Source: Sedimentisphaerales bacterium
Lineage (GTDB): Bacteria > Planctomycetota > Phycisphaerae > Sedimentisphaerales > SM23-30
Assembly: GCA_963663805.2 (NCBI GenBank)
Contig: CAXXMR010000013.1
Span: 1-64,000 of the forward strand
Direction of reading: 5' to 3'
DNA length: 64,000 nucleotides
The position numbers and the translations under genes are program-made. The notes beneath the pieces were generated by a model, which saw nothing but the letters and a program-made list of their open reading frames with translations, was not told where the DNA came from and did not search any database. Shown one piece after another: positions 1-16,542 of the stretch (its first letter is position 1; each line of letters begins with the position of its first letter).

Positions 1-1665
1 GTGGTAAAACATCCCTGGATATGGCTGTACTCATTTCTGCCACAGAGAATGCCAACTTGATTGAAGCCGCTAATATTCGCGTTGATGAAACCAAGGTTGG
101 TGACTACGGCATCTGAGTCCAGAATAGCAAAAAAGCCAGTGTGTGTCGTGTTGCTAGTAATATTTAGATTGGAAATGATATGCCCATTACCGTTAAATTT
201 TCCATTGAACTCCTCATAAGGATATTCAAAGCCAATAACCGGGTTAGTGAAATTGTAAGTGCCAAGGTCGATGTCGTCTGTCATTATAAATGAATCATCG
301 TAATGTTTGGTCAGGCGGCTTAATGTAAGAATGTCTTCGGGGGTTGCGAGTTGATACGGGTCGTTTATCATGCCTTTTCCGCCAGAGTAGTTGAAGGAAA
401 ACGGGATAGCCGTCCATTTTCCAGAATTCTTCGCTGCCGTTGTCGGGTTCGCTATAGAAATCCCATCCCTGGTTTGTGAAGGTTGACATGGTTTGCATTT
501 GGGTGGTGGTTTTGCCGCTTACTCCGGAGCCGCCGGCACTGGTGGTTTTGCCGCTGGTCTGGGTGTCCCAGAAGCAATTGCTGACCTGGCCTGAATCAAG
601 GCTTCCCAGGAATCCGCCAACGGTTGGATCATTTCCGATGACTAAGCCGCGACTATAGTTATTTTCAATGACTGAATCTTCATCGTGTGACTTTCCGGCG
701 AAACCACCGACATTTAAGTTGCCTTCTACTCTGCTATAAGCATAACAATTTGAAATTTTACATCGATAACTAATACCCCCGATCAGTCCTCCAGTATATT
801 CCGGGCAAATAACATTACCTCCGGCAAAACATTGAGAGACCTTCGGACCTTGGCAGTATCCTATCAATCCTCCGGTGAACTGGCTGCCGTTTACATTTCC
901 TGTAGCATAGCAGTTATTCATTTGGATATCGGTAATCACCATTAGGTTGGATAAGTACCCAACCAACCCTCCAACGTAAATTTTTCCATTTACGTTTCCA
1001 GTTGCATAGGAGTTGAATATTTCACCATAATGATATCCTATGAGCCCTCCAACTGATGAGCTATATTCATATGTCGAGTCTATGATTACATTTGCACTAC
1101 TTGAACAATTAATTATTGTGCCTGTACCCAAACATGATCCTATTAGTCCACCTGCTACTGAATACAGGCAGGTGACTGTTCCGGCGGAATGGCAGTTGGA
1201 TATCAATGTGCAAAATCGTCCTGTTAGGCCACCAACATGAGAATATCCGGTGATATTTATATTTTGTAAGTTTAGATTGTGAATTTCTCCGTCAAATCTA
1301 TCAAGGCAACCAAATAAGCCTATGTGTGATCTGTTGGGCAGGTTAATTGTTACGTTGCTGATGGTGTGGCCTTGGCCGTCGAAGGTTCCGCTGAAATAAG
1401 TGAGGTTTTCATAGTCATCAATTTCTATGTTTCCACCAATAGGGGTTACGATTATGCCTGACAGGTCGATGTCCTCTATCAGAATAAAATGTTTTCCTGA
1501 CCAGTCGGTCGGGGTTGCCATCAATTCCTGCCAGTCGGCTGGGTTGGCGATTTGGTAGGGGGTTTCCTCATAGCCGTATCCACCGGAATAGGTGCCCGCT
1601 GGAGCTAACGAGATTAGAAATAGGGACGCTATGATAATGATTATTATTCGAGTGGAAGTTTTCAT
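1..1665 (-). CDS. Secreted GLUG-motif (beta-helix-like) repeat protein; frameshift near 395-400; continues past the left window edge
   Basis: Signal peptide, YSGGxGxxxxPYQI start, FSGTFDGQGHTISN, repeated VGGLIG/YATGNVNG, FWDTQTSG. After a shift in a T/C run a second module reads YSGGKGMINDPYQLATPED...FNGKFNGNGHIISNL to base 1. Confidence 0.85.
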
Positions 1666-1908
1666 TTTTAATTATCCTGCAAGCCGCATATTTGAACAGT
1701 ACCCTTTGGGGGACAGGTAGGGAGGATTTCGGCTCCTTTTGGCCCCTGATTAGTAAAGACTCAACTCAATAATTATAGCCGGTGACAGGGATTATATCAA
1801 GGTGAAATAGTGGATGATATGGGAGATGTAACGGCTTGTTATAAAAGGGGTTGGGGGGTTGGCGGTGTTTTTTTGCTATCTGTGATAAAGCAGGATATAA
1901 TTTTGGAT

Positions 1909-3345
1909 ATGAAGTATCATTTGAAACGAGTTGATGACTGGCGGCTGGAGATTCCGGCGGAGGGGGAGATGCGGGTGTCAGCGACGATATATAGTTCTTC
2001 GGCGTTGGCGCTGGAGGATTCGGCGGTGGGGCAGTTGCGGGACGCGGCTTGTGTGGAGCCGGTGCGGCGGGTTTTGGCGACGCCGGATATTCATCAGGGT
2101 TATGGGGTGCCAATCGGTTGTGTGATGGGGCTGGCTGGGGCGGTTATGCCGGCGGCGGTGGGTTATGATATAAACTGCGGGATGCGTCTTTTGACTACGG
2201 GGCTGAAGGTTGCAGATTGCGATGTGGAAAGGTTGGCCCGGAGTGTGGCTCGTGATGTTCCGCTGGGTGAGGGCAAGAGTAATCTGGTGATAAGCGATGA
2301 CCTTTTCGAGGCGATTTGTGAGGAGGGTTTGGGGGCGGTGCCTTATCTGGCTGAATGTTGTGACCATCGTTTTGTGGAGGGGTACGATGCGGGCGATTTT
2401 GAGGCGGATGTGGAGCGGGTTGAGCGGCGGGGCAGTTTGGCTGGTAAGGTTGATACGGTTCCTGACGCGGCGCGGCGGAAAGGACGAGAGCAATTGGGGA
2501 CGCTGGGGGGCGGTAACCATTTTATTGAGCTGCAGCGGATAGAGACAGTTTATGACAAGGACACGGCGGTGCGGCTGGGAGTGGTTGAGGGCGAACTTGC
2601 AGTGATGATTCATTCTGGTTCGCGGGGGATGGGTTATCAGGTTGCGGATGTTTATATGAAGGCGGCGGCGGATGCGATGGGGGCGGTTGGTTCTGAGCGG
2701 CATCTGGCTTATCTGCGAGCGGGAGATGGTGTGTTTGATGATTATGTGAGGGCGATGCACGCGGCGGGGAATTTTGCTTATGTGAACCGGCATATCATGA
2801 TGCTGTTGGTGCGGCGATGTTTTGGGCGGGAGTTTGGTGATATTTCACTGCCGCTGGTATATGACGTTTCGCATAATATGGCACAATTGGAGGAGCATTG
2901 CGGTGGGGATTTGTGGGTGCATCGCAAGGGTGCGACGCGGGCTTTTGGGCCGGGTCGGATGGCGGGTACGGTTTTTGCGGAATTGGGTCAGCCGGTGATA
3001 ATTCCGGGTTCGATGGGGACGGCCAGTTATCTTTTATTGGGGACTGATACAAACGATGATACGCTGGGTTCGGTGAATCATGGGGCGGGGCGGACGATGA
3101 GCCGTACGGCGGCGGTAGGCAAACGCAACAAGCGGGGCAAGGTGGTGCGGCCGGCGGCGATTACGGATGACCAGTTCAAACGGTCGATGAAAGGCATTAC
3201 GTTAATCGCTGGCAACAAAGCCGCCGCCAAAGAAGAAGCACCTGCGGCCTATAAGGATATTGATGCGGTGATTGAGGTGGTTTGTGCGGCAAAGCTGGCT
3301 CGGCCAGTAGCACGAATGCAACCTTTAGCTGTTTTGAAAGGCTAA
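1909..3345 (+). CDS. rtcB: RNA-splicing/repair ligase RtcB
   Basis: PDIHQGYGVPIG, VGYDINCGMR, LGTLGGGNHFIE, HSGSRG, HRKGAT, PGSMGT, HGAGR, EEAPAAYKDI motifs; ATG at 1909 chosen as start. Confidence 0.95.
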   Translation: MKYHLKRVDDWRLEIPAEGEMRVSATIYSSSALALEDSAVGQLRDAACVEPVRRVLATPDIHQGYGVPIGCVMGLAGAVMPAAVGYDINCGMRLLTTGLKVADCDVERLARSVARDVPLGEGKSNLVISDDLFEAICEEGLGAVPYLAECCDHRFVEGYDAGDFEADVERVERRGSLAGKVDTVPDAARRKGREQLGTLGGGNHFIELQRIETVYDKDTAVRLGVVEGELAVMIHSGSRGMGYQVADVYMKAAADAMGAVGSERHLAYLRAGDGVFDDYVRAMHAAGNFAYVNRHIMMLLVRRCFGREFGDISLPLVYDVSHNMAQLEEHCGGDLWVHRKGATRAFGPGRMAGTVFAELGQPVIIPGSMGTASYLLLGTDTNDDTLGSVNHGAGRTMSRTAAVGKRNKRGKVVRPAAITDDQFKRSMKGITLIAGNKAAAKEEAPAAYKDIDAVIEVVCAAKLARPVARMQPLAVLKG

Positions 3346-5196
3346 GGCTTTCTGACGGTGAATTCGAGGTTTTGGCTGCCCATGAGGGTGTAGTTTAAGG
3401 TTTGGGTTTGGGTCTGGAATTCGTTGAATCGGGGTGGTTTCCATTGGCCTTGCCTTGCTGGTGAGCAGCATCATTTTGCTGGTGGGCAGTTGGGGCAGGG
3501 GTTTGTTCTCCAGGGCGATACCGGTTTTCTGGATGGGCATTATAGCGTAAATCTGTTTGCGGGGGACGTTTAGGCGTTCGTTTAGTGCTTTGACGATGTC
3601 GTTAGCCTGATAGATTAGGTAGCGGTGGGGCTGGATGGACTGGACCATATCACGATATTCATCGGCGGAGCCGATTGTGATTGAGTAGCGGCCAGGTTCG
3701 AGGTCCTGGGGTAGGGTAAATTCGATTGTCTGGTTGAATGACGGGGCTCGTTTGGGTTCGAGTTCGAGGGTTATGGGGATTGTTTGGCCGGGATAGAAAA
3801 TTTCGCGGCTGGTCTCGGCGTGGCGGATGTAGCAGGTGGTGTCTTCGTAGGCGATTTCGCATTCGGCTTTGATGGCGGTGAGTTTTACTTTCTGCCAGGG
3901 GTTACCAAGCGTTAGGGCCACCGGGGCGATGATTTCGGTGAGCAGAGGACGTATCCCTGTTCCGCTAATGGAGTTAGAGCAGGTGATGGGGTCGAGGCTG
4001 TCGAATTCGAGGGTGAGGGAATAGTTCAGGGTGTGGTCTTCGGGCAGTTCGCCGCGCTGCATGATGGCGGTTAGAATCGACATGGCGGCGAGCATGGGGT
4101 CGGCCTGCTCGTTCTGGGCGAGGTTTATGTTGTAAGTGTCGCTGGTGCCGAGGGTTTTCCAGTTGATATTGACCTGGACGGGGATGGTTGCCGGAATGGG
4201 GCCGATTTGGCCGTAAATGGCGGCTACTTCGTCGGCCAGGAGGGTGCCGATGGTCTGGGTGGGTGAGCCGAGCTTGAACGACATGCTTTTTCTGCTGACA
4301 AAAGTGTGTACAAAACCGCCAGCGAAGGGCCATGAGGCGGGGCCGTTGGCGTTCCAGCCGTGGCCGAAAGCAAATACGTTGCCGTCACGGACCTCGGTTA
4401 CCGTGCCGAGTACGGCCCCGGAGAGGTCGCCGGAAATCAAGGGGGACAGTAATGGTGGCGCCCGGGACCGAGCTTGGAAATCGGCGCTGGTTTGTTCACC
4501 GCCGGCCTGGGTGGTGAGCAGGTTGACCGGGCCGAAAATATTCTGGAACTCACGGAGTGCGGCAGGTGAGAGGCCGGAGACGCAAAGGGCCGTGGGGAAG
4601 CTGTAAGTGTTTTCTGATTCGTTGTTTGTGTTTCTGGTCAGGGGGCAGGCGAGGTTGATTTTGTTCAGGCGGGCGGGGGTTAGCAGTTCGCCAGCCATGA
4701 GGTGAGCGTAGTCGTCGCGGGTGAAAATGGCAGCGGTTTGGGCGGTTTTGTCGGCGGTTTGGGCGGAGCGTTGGACTTCCAGCATTTCGCGGATGGGGGT
4801 GACTCCGTAGAGTGGTTCTTCGCCGAACTCCCAGCCAAATGCCATGGCACCAGCGAGTCGGTCGTTGAAGTAAACGGGTGAGCCGCTGACTCCCTGGACG
4901 CCTTTGGCCAGGGCGAATCTTGGGTCTAAAGCTTTGATGAGTATGGCTTTACGTTTCATTTCCCACTGGGGCATGATAGAGACTATTTCGACGGGGAATT
5001 GTTCGATTTTGGTGCCGTGGAATACGGTTTTTCCGTAGCCGGTCATGCCGACTTTGAGTTCTTCGAGGTCGATATAGCGGGCGGGGTCATACTCCAGAGG
5101 TTTTTCGGCGGGGGCGGCCAGGGTCAGGGCGAGCAGGGTTATCAGGGTGTAAATGATTTTGTGGCAGTTGTTTGTGTGTTTTTTGGATGCGGTCAT
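3342..5196 (-). CDS. SpoIVB peptidase S55-domain secreted protein; probable C-terminal frameshift near 3430
   Basis: GMTGYGKTVFHGTKIEQF, GVQGVSGSPVY, GTVTEVRDGNVFAFGH. An alternative frame after ~3430 gives the natural-looking end ...LMGSQNLEFTVRKP* (stop 3342-3344). Confidence 0.85.
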
Positions 5197-5631
5197 GTTT
5201 GGTTTCCGGGTGGTTTGATGTAAGTTTATGTTTACAAATATATTATCGGTAAAATGGGGCTGGGCAAGGGGAAAAAAGGCAGGCAAGAGTCATTTAAGAA
5301 GGGATGATGCATGAGGCATGAGAGGTTGGTTTTTTTTGGTGATAAATTTGGTTATTATTTTGGGGTGGTGTTCCGATATACTCAATATAGTTGAGCGCGA
5401 ATGGGCCTGAAAGTGCTGATTTTTTTCGTTTTTTTCTTATTTTAGAGAAAAAAATTGAGTTTTTCGCGTTTTTTTTGTACTATTTTTCTAGTAATTGGGG
5501 GGAAAAACGGCGTCGGGTTCGGCGTGCTGAGATTGGCAAAATCTCAAGCCAATAACGAAAGCGGCTTGATAAAGTTGTGATGATTTTCTAGCCTTTTTCG
5601 TCCTTGTCTTGAGGTTGCAGATGGAAACAAT

Positions 5632-6354
5632 ATGGAAGACAAGGATAATCTGCTGGTCCGTTGCCAGGAGGCAATCGGGTACGAATTCAAAGATTTGGCC
5701 TTACTGGAGAAATCCCTGATTCACGCTTCATTGGCGGATAATCGGTTGGACAGTAATGAGCGTCTGGAGTTTCTGGGTGACGCGGTGCTGGGGATGCTGA
5801 TATGCCATGAGCTTTTCGAGCGGTTCCCTGAGTATCTGGAAGGTGAGCTTACCAAGGTAAAGAGTATGCTGGTATCTCGGCGTACTTGTGCGCGGGTGGC
5901 GAAGCGGATAGGGCTGCAAGATTTTCTGCGGGTGGGCAAGGGGATGACCACTCAGCGTAAGATACCATCTTCGTGCAACGCGGCGGCGGTGGAGTCGGTG
6001 ATAGGCGCGATATTTCTTGACGGTGGTGTGGGGCCGGCCCGTAAATTTATCGTTCGGCTTTTTGGTCCGCTGCTGGATGAGGCAGATGCCAAGGAGCATC
6101 AGGAGAATTTCAAGAGTATGCTTCAGCAGTATACTCAACGCACGATGGAGTCGACTCCCAGTTATGAGCTGTTGGATGAGAAGGGGCCGGACCACAGCAA
6201 GTGTTTTGAGATTAGCGTGGTAATTAATAGCGAGCGTTTTCCGAGCGCGTGGGGGCCGAGCAAGAAAGAGTCGGAACAGTTGGCGGCATTTTACGCGTTG
6301 CAGAGCCTGAAGGTTATAAGTGCGGATTTGGAGTTTCCGGGGTACAGCGGGTGA
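5632..6354 (+). CDS. rnc: Ribonuclease III
   Basis: NERLEFLGDAVL signature and a C-terminal dsRBD (GPDHSKCF...GPSKKESEQLAA). Confidence 0.97.
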   Translation: MEDKDNLLVRCQEAIGYEFKDLALLEKSLIHASLADNRLDSNERLEFLGDAVLGMLICHELFERFPEYLEGELTKVKSMLVSRRTCARVAKRIGLQDFLRVGKGMTTQRKIPSSCNAAAVESVIGAIFLDGGVGPARKFIVRLFGPLLDEADAKEHQENFKSMLQQYTQRTMESTPSYELLDEKGPDHSKCFEISVVINSERFPSAWGPSKKESEQLAAFYALQSLKVISADLEFPGYSG

Positions 6355-6411
6355 TGGATGGCGGAAGGTGTTAGTGAAGGCATGAGGCATTTAAGAAGGC
6401 AAGAGGCATGA

Positions 6412-6537
6412 GGGAAGAGGCAAGAGTGAACGGCGAGGTTTCGGCCTTTGGCTGAGGTTGTTTATTTTAACGGCAACCGCTTACTGACGTGCGCGGCACT
6501 GATGGTGAGACAAAAAATGTACCGGACACCGTTTTCT
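6412..6537 (+). repeat. Composite dispersed repeat, copy 1 of a ~126-bp direct repeat (heptamers + TCGGCCTTTGGC(T/C)GA hairpin + REP-like ACCGCTTACTGACGTGCGCGG + AAAAATGTACCGGACACCGTTTTC)
   Basis: Near-identical to 7850-7979 (a few substitutions and small indels). Confidence 0.95.
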
Positions 6538-6670
6538 CGCCCACACTTGACAATCTGCATAAAATATTGCATATATATATGACTTGTGTGTACGGAAATG
6601 TGCGGTCCGGCTTTTTTGGGTAAGCCGGTATTGGTCCGAATAAAATATTGATAATATCCGAGAGAAAACG

Positions 6671-7720
6671 ATGACTAAACTTTTTTTGATTTCAGTTGTT
6701 CTATTGTCGGCGACAGTGTGTTTTGCCGGCACGTATAGTGGCGGAAACGGCCAGGCGGCTACCCCGTACCTTATATCGACAGTAGACGATCTCGATGAAC
6801 TCTGCGACACGTCGGCGGACTGGAATAAATGTTTCAAAATGACCCGCGACATTCACTTTTCCACATTGCCGGGTACCTTTGATTATCTATCTGCGGGCAA
6901 TGAGACGACGCCATTTGCCGGAACGTTTGATGGCGATGGATTCTGCATCTATGATTTGAATCTGCAAGGCACCGGACTGTTCTCAATAACCGACACGTCA
7001 ACCGTGATCAAAAATCTCGGCCTTGTGAATGTCAGCTATCGACCGGTTTCGAGTTCCCCTCCCGATTACCTTGGTCTTCTGGTCGATGTCAACTTCGGTG
7101 TCATCACCGGCTGCTTTGCCACGGGGAGTCTCTGTGCGATGAATGTGGCCTATGTTGGCGGCTTGGTCGGCGTGAACGTCGGCACCATGTCCCGCTGCTT
7201 CTGCACCGCCGATGTTAAGGGGGCCGCGTACGTTGGCGGTCTGGTCTCCAGTAACGGCGGCACGCTGGCGTCGGGCCCCATGTCCGGAAGTGCAGTAATC
7301 AATTGCTATTTCACGGGGCATGTGGTCAGTGACAATGATGCCGGTGGTCTTGCATGTTTTAATATGACGACAATAACCAACTGCTATTCCGCGGGTATGG
7401 TCCAGGCATCGGGTGTCGCCGGGGGGCTGATTGCCGCGTCGTTTCCAACCTCAGCCGTGAGCCAATCTTTCTGGAATCTCGAAACGTGCGGTGTTACGAC
7501 AAGCGCAGGCGGACTGGTGTTCCTTTTACCGCAGATGAAGACACAGACCAGCTTTGTTGGCTGGGATTTCGTCAATACCTGGAAGATACAGGATCGCGTC
7601 ACTTTTCCATATCTCAACGGCGTAGGCCTTGCCGCCCCGATCACCGGCGACATCGACGGCGACGGAGTTGTCAATTTGACGGATTTTACCCTGATGGCCG
7701 ACAACTGGCTGGCGGGTTAA
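6671..7720 (+). CDS. Secreted GLUG-motif protein with C-terminal dockerin-like domain
   Basis: Signal peptide, YSGGNGQAATPYLI, FAGTFDGDG, YVGGLVG repeats, tail GDIDGDGVVNLTDFTLMADNWL. Confidence 0.9.
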   Translation: MTKLFLISVVLLSATVCFAGTYSGGNGQAATPYLISTVDDLDELCDTSADWNKCFKMTRDIHFSTLPGTFDYLSAGNETTPFAGTFDGDGFCIYDLNLQGTGLFSITDTSTVIKNLGLVNVSYRPVSSSPPDYLGLLVDVNFGVITGCFATGSLCAMNVAYVGGLVGVNVGTMSRCFCTADVKGAAYVGGLVSSNGGTLASGPMSGSAVINCYFTGHVVSDNDAGGLACFNMTTITNCYSAGMVQASGVAGGLIAASFPTSAVSQSFWNLETCGVTTSAGGLVFLLPQMKTQTSFVGWDFVNTWKIQDRVTFPYLNGVGLAAPITGDIDGDGVVNLTDFTLMADNWLAG

Positions 7721-7845
7721 TTAAGAGGGACACGGTGTTTTGGTCTTCCTCTGTCTCGCAATGTAGAATTTAGTCCCAGTTTTTCGGCGGCTTGTTGTAT
7801 CCATTCGTTGGTGAAGATCGAGTCCTTGGTGCGTATTGCACAGAT
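7717..7845 (-). pseudogene. 3' remnant of a REP-associated Y1/HUH tyrosine transposase (RAYT/TnpA-REP-like)
   Basis: Minus-strand frame reads AIRTKDSIFTNEWIQQAAEKLGLNSTLRDRGRPK, matching from memory the W..A..LGL.STLR.RGRP C-terminus typical of this family; no 5' portion present. Confidence 0.65.
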
Positions 7846-7849
7846 AATT

Positions 7850-7979
7850 GGGAAGAGGCAAGAGTGAACGGCGAGGTTTCGGCCTTTGGCCGAGGTTGTT
7901 TATTTTAACAGCAACGGCAACCGCTTACTAACGTGCGCGGCTCTGATTGGGCAAAAAAATGTACCGGACACCGTTTTCT
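7850..7979 (+). repeat. Composite dispersed repeat, copy 2 of the ~126-bp direct repeat
   Basis: Aligns to 6412-6537 and ends overlapping the stop codon of the convergent kinase gene. Confidence 0.95.
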
Positions 7980-10058
7980 AGGCGGGGGTATTTTGCTGGT
8001 TGGCAATTATGGTTTCGCGGCAGAATTCCAGGAGTGCTTCGATAGCGTTTTTGGAATGTTTTATACCGGTTAGTTTTAATTTTTTTTCTACCCTGTGGGT
8101 TCGGTCCATGAGTGCCTGGAAGCCTGAGTTGCCGGCGGCCCCTTTTAGCTGGTGGATTTCGTTTAGCAGTTCGGTGGTGTTATAGTTGTCTTTTGAGAGG
8201 AGTAGTGTTTCAAGTTTTTTGATTTTAGTGGGCAGGTGGTCGAGGAATATATTCACTACCTCGCCGAGGATGGGGTCGTTTTTTGAGTGACGATATGTAG
8301 TCCTGAGGCAGAGCCGGTTTGGGTGCGGGGATGTTGTGGTCGGTGTCCGACTCGGCGGGGGGCAGGGTTGGTGTCTGCGGCTTAGAACCGTTGAGGTATT
8401 GGGCGAGCGTGGCCTGTAGTTTTGCTCCGCTGATGGGTTTGGAGAGGAAGTCGTTACATCCGGCGTCGAGACATTTAACGGCGTCTTCTCTGGTGGCGTG
8501 GGCGGTTAGAGCGATGACAGGTATTTCGGGGAACTTTTGTCTGATGTTTCTGGTGGTGTCGTATCCGTTTCATTCTGGGCATCTGGATGTCCATGAGAAT
8601 TAAGTCGAAGTTTTCATTCTGGAGTATTTCCAGTACCTCGATTCCGTCGGCGGCGAGTGAAACTCTGATACCGATTCTTTCGAGCATCAGTCGCATGAGC
8701 ATTTGATTGGAGGGGTTATCCTCGGCGACGAGTACGCGGCCATTCAGCGATTTGAGCGGGCTATATGTTTTGTTTTTGGTTTCGGGGGTTTTGCCGCCGG
8801 AGATGCTGTCGACTTTGAGGTCTTCGCGTTTGATGCCGGTGGGGACAATCAAGCTGAAAGTTGAGCCGACGTTTTTGGTGCTTTTAACGGCGACTTTTCC
8901 GCCCATGAGTTCTGATAGTTTTCGGCAGATGGCCAGGCCGAGACCGGTGCCGCCGAATCTGCGGGTTGTGCTGCCGTCGGCCTGATTGAATGAGCCGAAG
9001 ATATGTTCGAGGTTTTCCGGTGCGATGCCGATTCCGGTGTCTTCGATGTCGAACTTTATCATTGGTCCGTCGGCGTTTTCGATGAGTGATACGCGGAGAT
9101 AGACGTGGCCGGTCTCGGTAAATTTGATAGCGTTATTGACGAGGTTGATAAGGCATTGTCGTAATCTTCCCGTATCGGTGCGAATAACGCGGGGCAGGTC
9201 GGTGTCGTGCAGGATTTCGAATACCAGTTCTTTTTTTCGGGCGGCAGGCATCATCATTTTATGAAGGTTGATGAGCAACTGAGGCAGGGAGCATTCTTCG
9301 ATGTCGATGTCCATTTTTCCGGCTTCGATTTTGGAGAAGTCGAGTATATCGTTGATGAGTGTCAGGAGGCTTTGGCCGGACTCGAAAATTGTGTTTACGT
9401 AGGATTTATGTTCGGTTGGCATAGGCTCCTGCGTGAGTATTTCACTGAATCCTATGATGGCGTTGATTGGAGTGCGGATTTCGTGGCTCATGTTAGCGAG
9501 GAACTCACTCTTGGCTTTATTGGCCCGCAGTGCTTCGCGAGTCATAAGGTTGGCTCGTTCGATAGAAATCTGTAACTGTTCGTTGATGTATTCGGCCTCT
9601 TCGTGGGATTGCTGAGCCAGTTCCTTGGCGGACTTTAGCTGTTGTTCCATACGATTGCGTTCGATGGCGTGTCTGATGCAGCGAGGCAGTGAGTCGGACA
9701 TATCGCCTTTGACGAGATAATCTTCGGCCCCTTTCTGGATGGCTTCGATGCCGGCGTTTTCGTCGGAGAGGGCAGTGAAGACGATAACGGGGATTTCGGG
9801 GCAGCGTCTGCAGACAGCCTGCAACCCGCCAAAGCCTACGCAATCGGGCAATCCGAGGTCGAGCAGGATGACATCAAAGTTGACTTCACTAATTTTTTTC
9901 AGAGCGGTAGCGAGGTTTTCGGCGGTGGTGATTTTAAATTGAGTGGGATTGTCGTGGCGACAGAGCCGACGTTCAACCAGGGCCAGTGCGGCGGGGTCAT
10001 CATCTACAACGAGAGTTTTGATAAAGTCTTCTGCCATCTTCTCTTTCGTCTTGAACAT
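7978..10058 (-). CDS. Hybrid sensor histidine kinase (REC-HisKA-HATPase-REC-Hpt); two apparent frameshifts (~8570, ~8280)
   Basis: FLANMSHEIRTP, NLVNNAIKFT, DTGIGI, GGTGLGL, VLVAEDNPSNQ, LMDIQMP. Shifted frames continue MNGYDTTRNIRQKFPEIPVIALTA...SKP and then Hpt IHQLKGAAG. Confidence 0.9.
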
Positions 10059-10280
10059 ATTTTAAGCGAGTGCGGACCGACCATTTTGCAGAATCGGTAC
10101 TACCCTGAACCAAGGGTTGAATCAACCCGACCGTTTATTACTATAACCCCTTTATCGTCCGAAAAACTACTAAAAAACAACTATTGTACGAAAAGTCCTA
10201 ATATGCCCACAGAAAATGGTGAAAACGGGGTTTGCCTGTGATTGTGGATAATTTTTTTAAAAACCAGGTCCTATAAATGT

Positions 10281-15795
<5,515 letters not shown>

Positions 15796-15796
15796 T

Positions 15797-16273
15797 TTAT
15801 TTTATGGTGAAATTGTTATTGTCGGCGTGGAAATCCCGGATGATTTCGGCGTGCTGCTCGAATGACATGTTGGGCAGGTTGTTCATGGGGAAGAATTTCA
15901 GGTCGAGGGTTTCGGTTTGGTCTATGGCAAATTCGCCTTGCCATTTTTCGACGAGGAATACAACGCTGAAGGGCTGGACCTGGTCTTCGTTGGGGTAGGT
16001 CATATGAAAGCGTGGTTCGGTGTATATGCCGACGGGTCGGGCGGAGATTACGTCGAGGCCTGTTTCTTCTTTCACTTCGCGAACGAGGGTGTCCCAGGCA
16101 CTTTCGTTCAGTTCGGTGATTCCGGCGGGCAGTCCCCAGAGGTCGTAATCACTGCGTTTTTGCATGAGGATTCGGTTTTGGTCGTCGAGGATAAGGGCGC
16201 AGGCCCCGGGCAGGATGAGGGTTGTTGTGCCGACCTTTTCTCTTATCTGTTTTACGTATCCTTGTCGGGTCAT
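15797..16273 (-). CDS. NUDIX hydrolase
   Basis: Nudix box GITELNESAWDTLVREVKEETGL; ATG at 16273. Confidence 0.9.
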   Translation of the reverse strand: MTRQGYVKQIREKVGTTTLILPGACALILDDQNRILMQKRSDYDLWGLPAGITELNESAWDTLVREVKEETGLDVISARPVGIYTEPRFHMTYPNEDQVQPFSVVFLVEKWQGEFAIDQTETLDLKFFPMNNLPNMSFEQHAEIIRDFHADNNNFTIK

Positions 16274-16394
16274 TTTGAACTTTCGTTTGTAGTGGAGTTG
16301 TTTTGACGGCATGTTATCAGGAAGTGGGTGGGCTGTCACGTGATTATGCGATTTGTGATAAGGTATTCTTTTTGTGACAGGACTCAATTGTATT

Positions 16395-16478
16395 CAAAAT
16401 GTGATATATTACTTATGGTGTGATTTTTAGGGGTTTTTTAGAAAAAAAGGTTTGTTAAATTTGCAAAATGTGATATAT
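16395..16478. promoter_or_regulatory. Perfect 15-bp direct repeat CAAAATGTGATATAT (candidate operator pair) in a divergent intergenic region
   Basis: Copies at 16395-16409 and 16464-16478. Confidence 0.55.
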
Positions 16479-16542
16479 GGGATATGTGCGGTTTAGCGAG
16501 TACTCCGTCATGCGATAAATTTATTTTTAGAGGTATTTTGAG

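Noticed and set aside
1909..6354. rtcB plus rnc as an RNA-repair system
   Set aside because: Separated by a convergent S55 peptidase gene; no rtcA, rtcR, archease, Ro/Y-RNA or nuclease recognisable.
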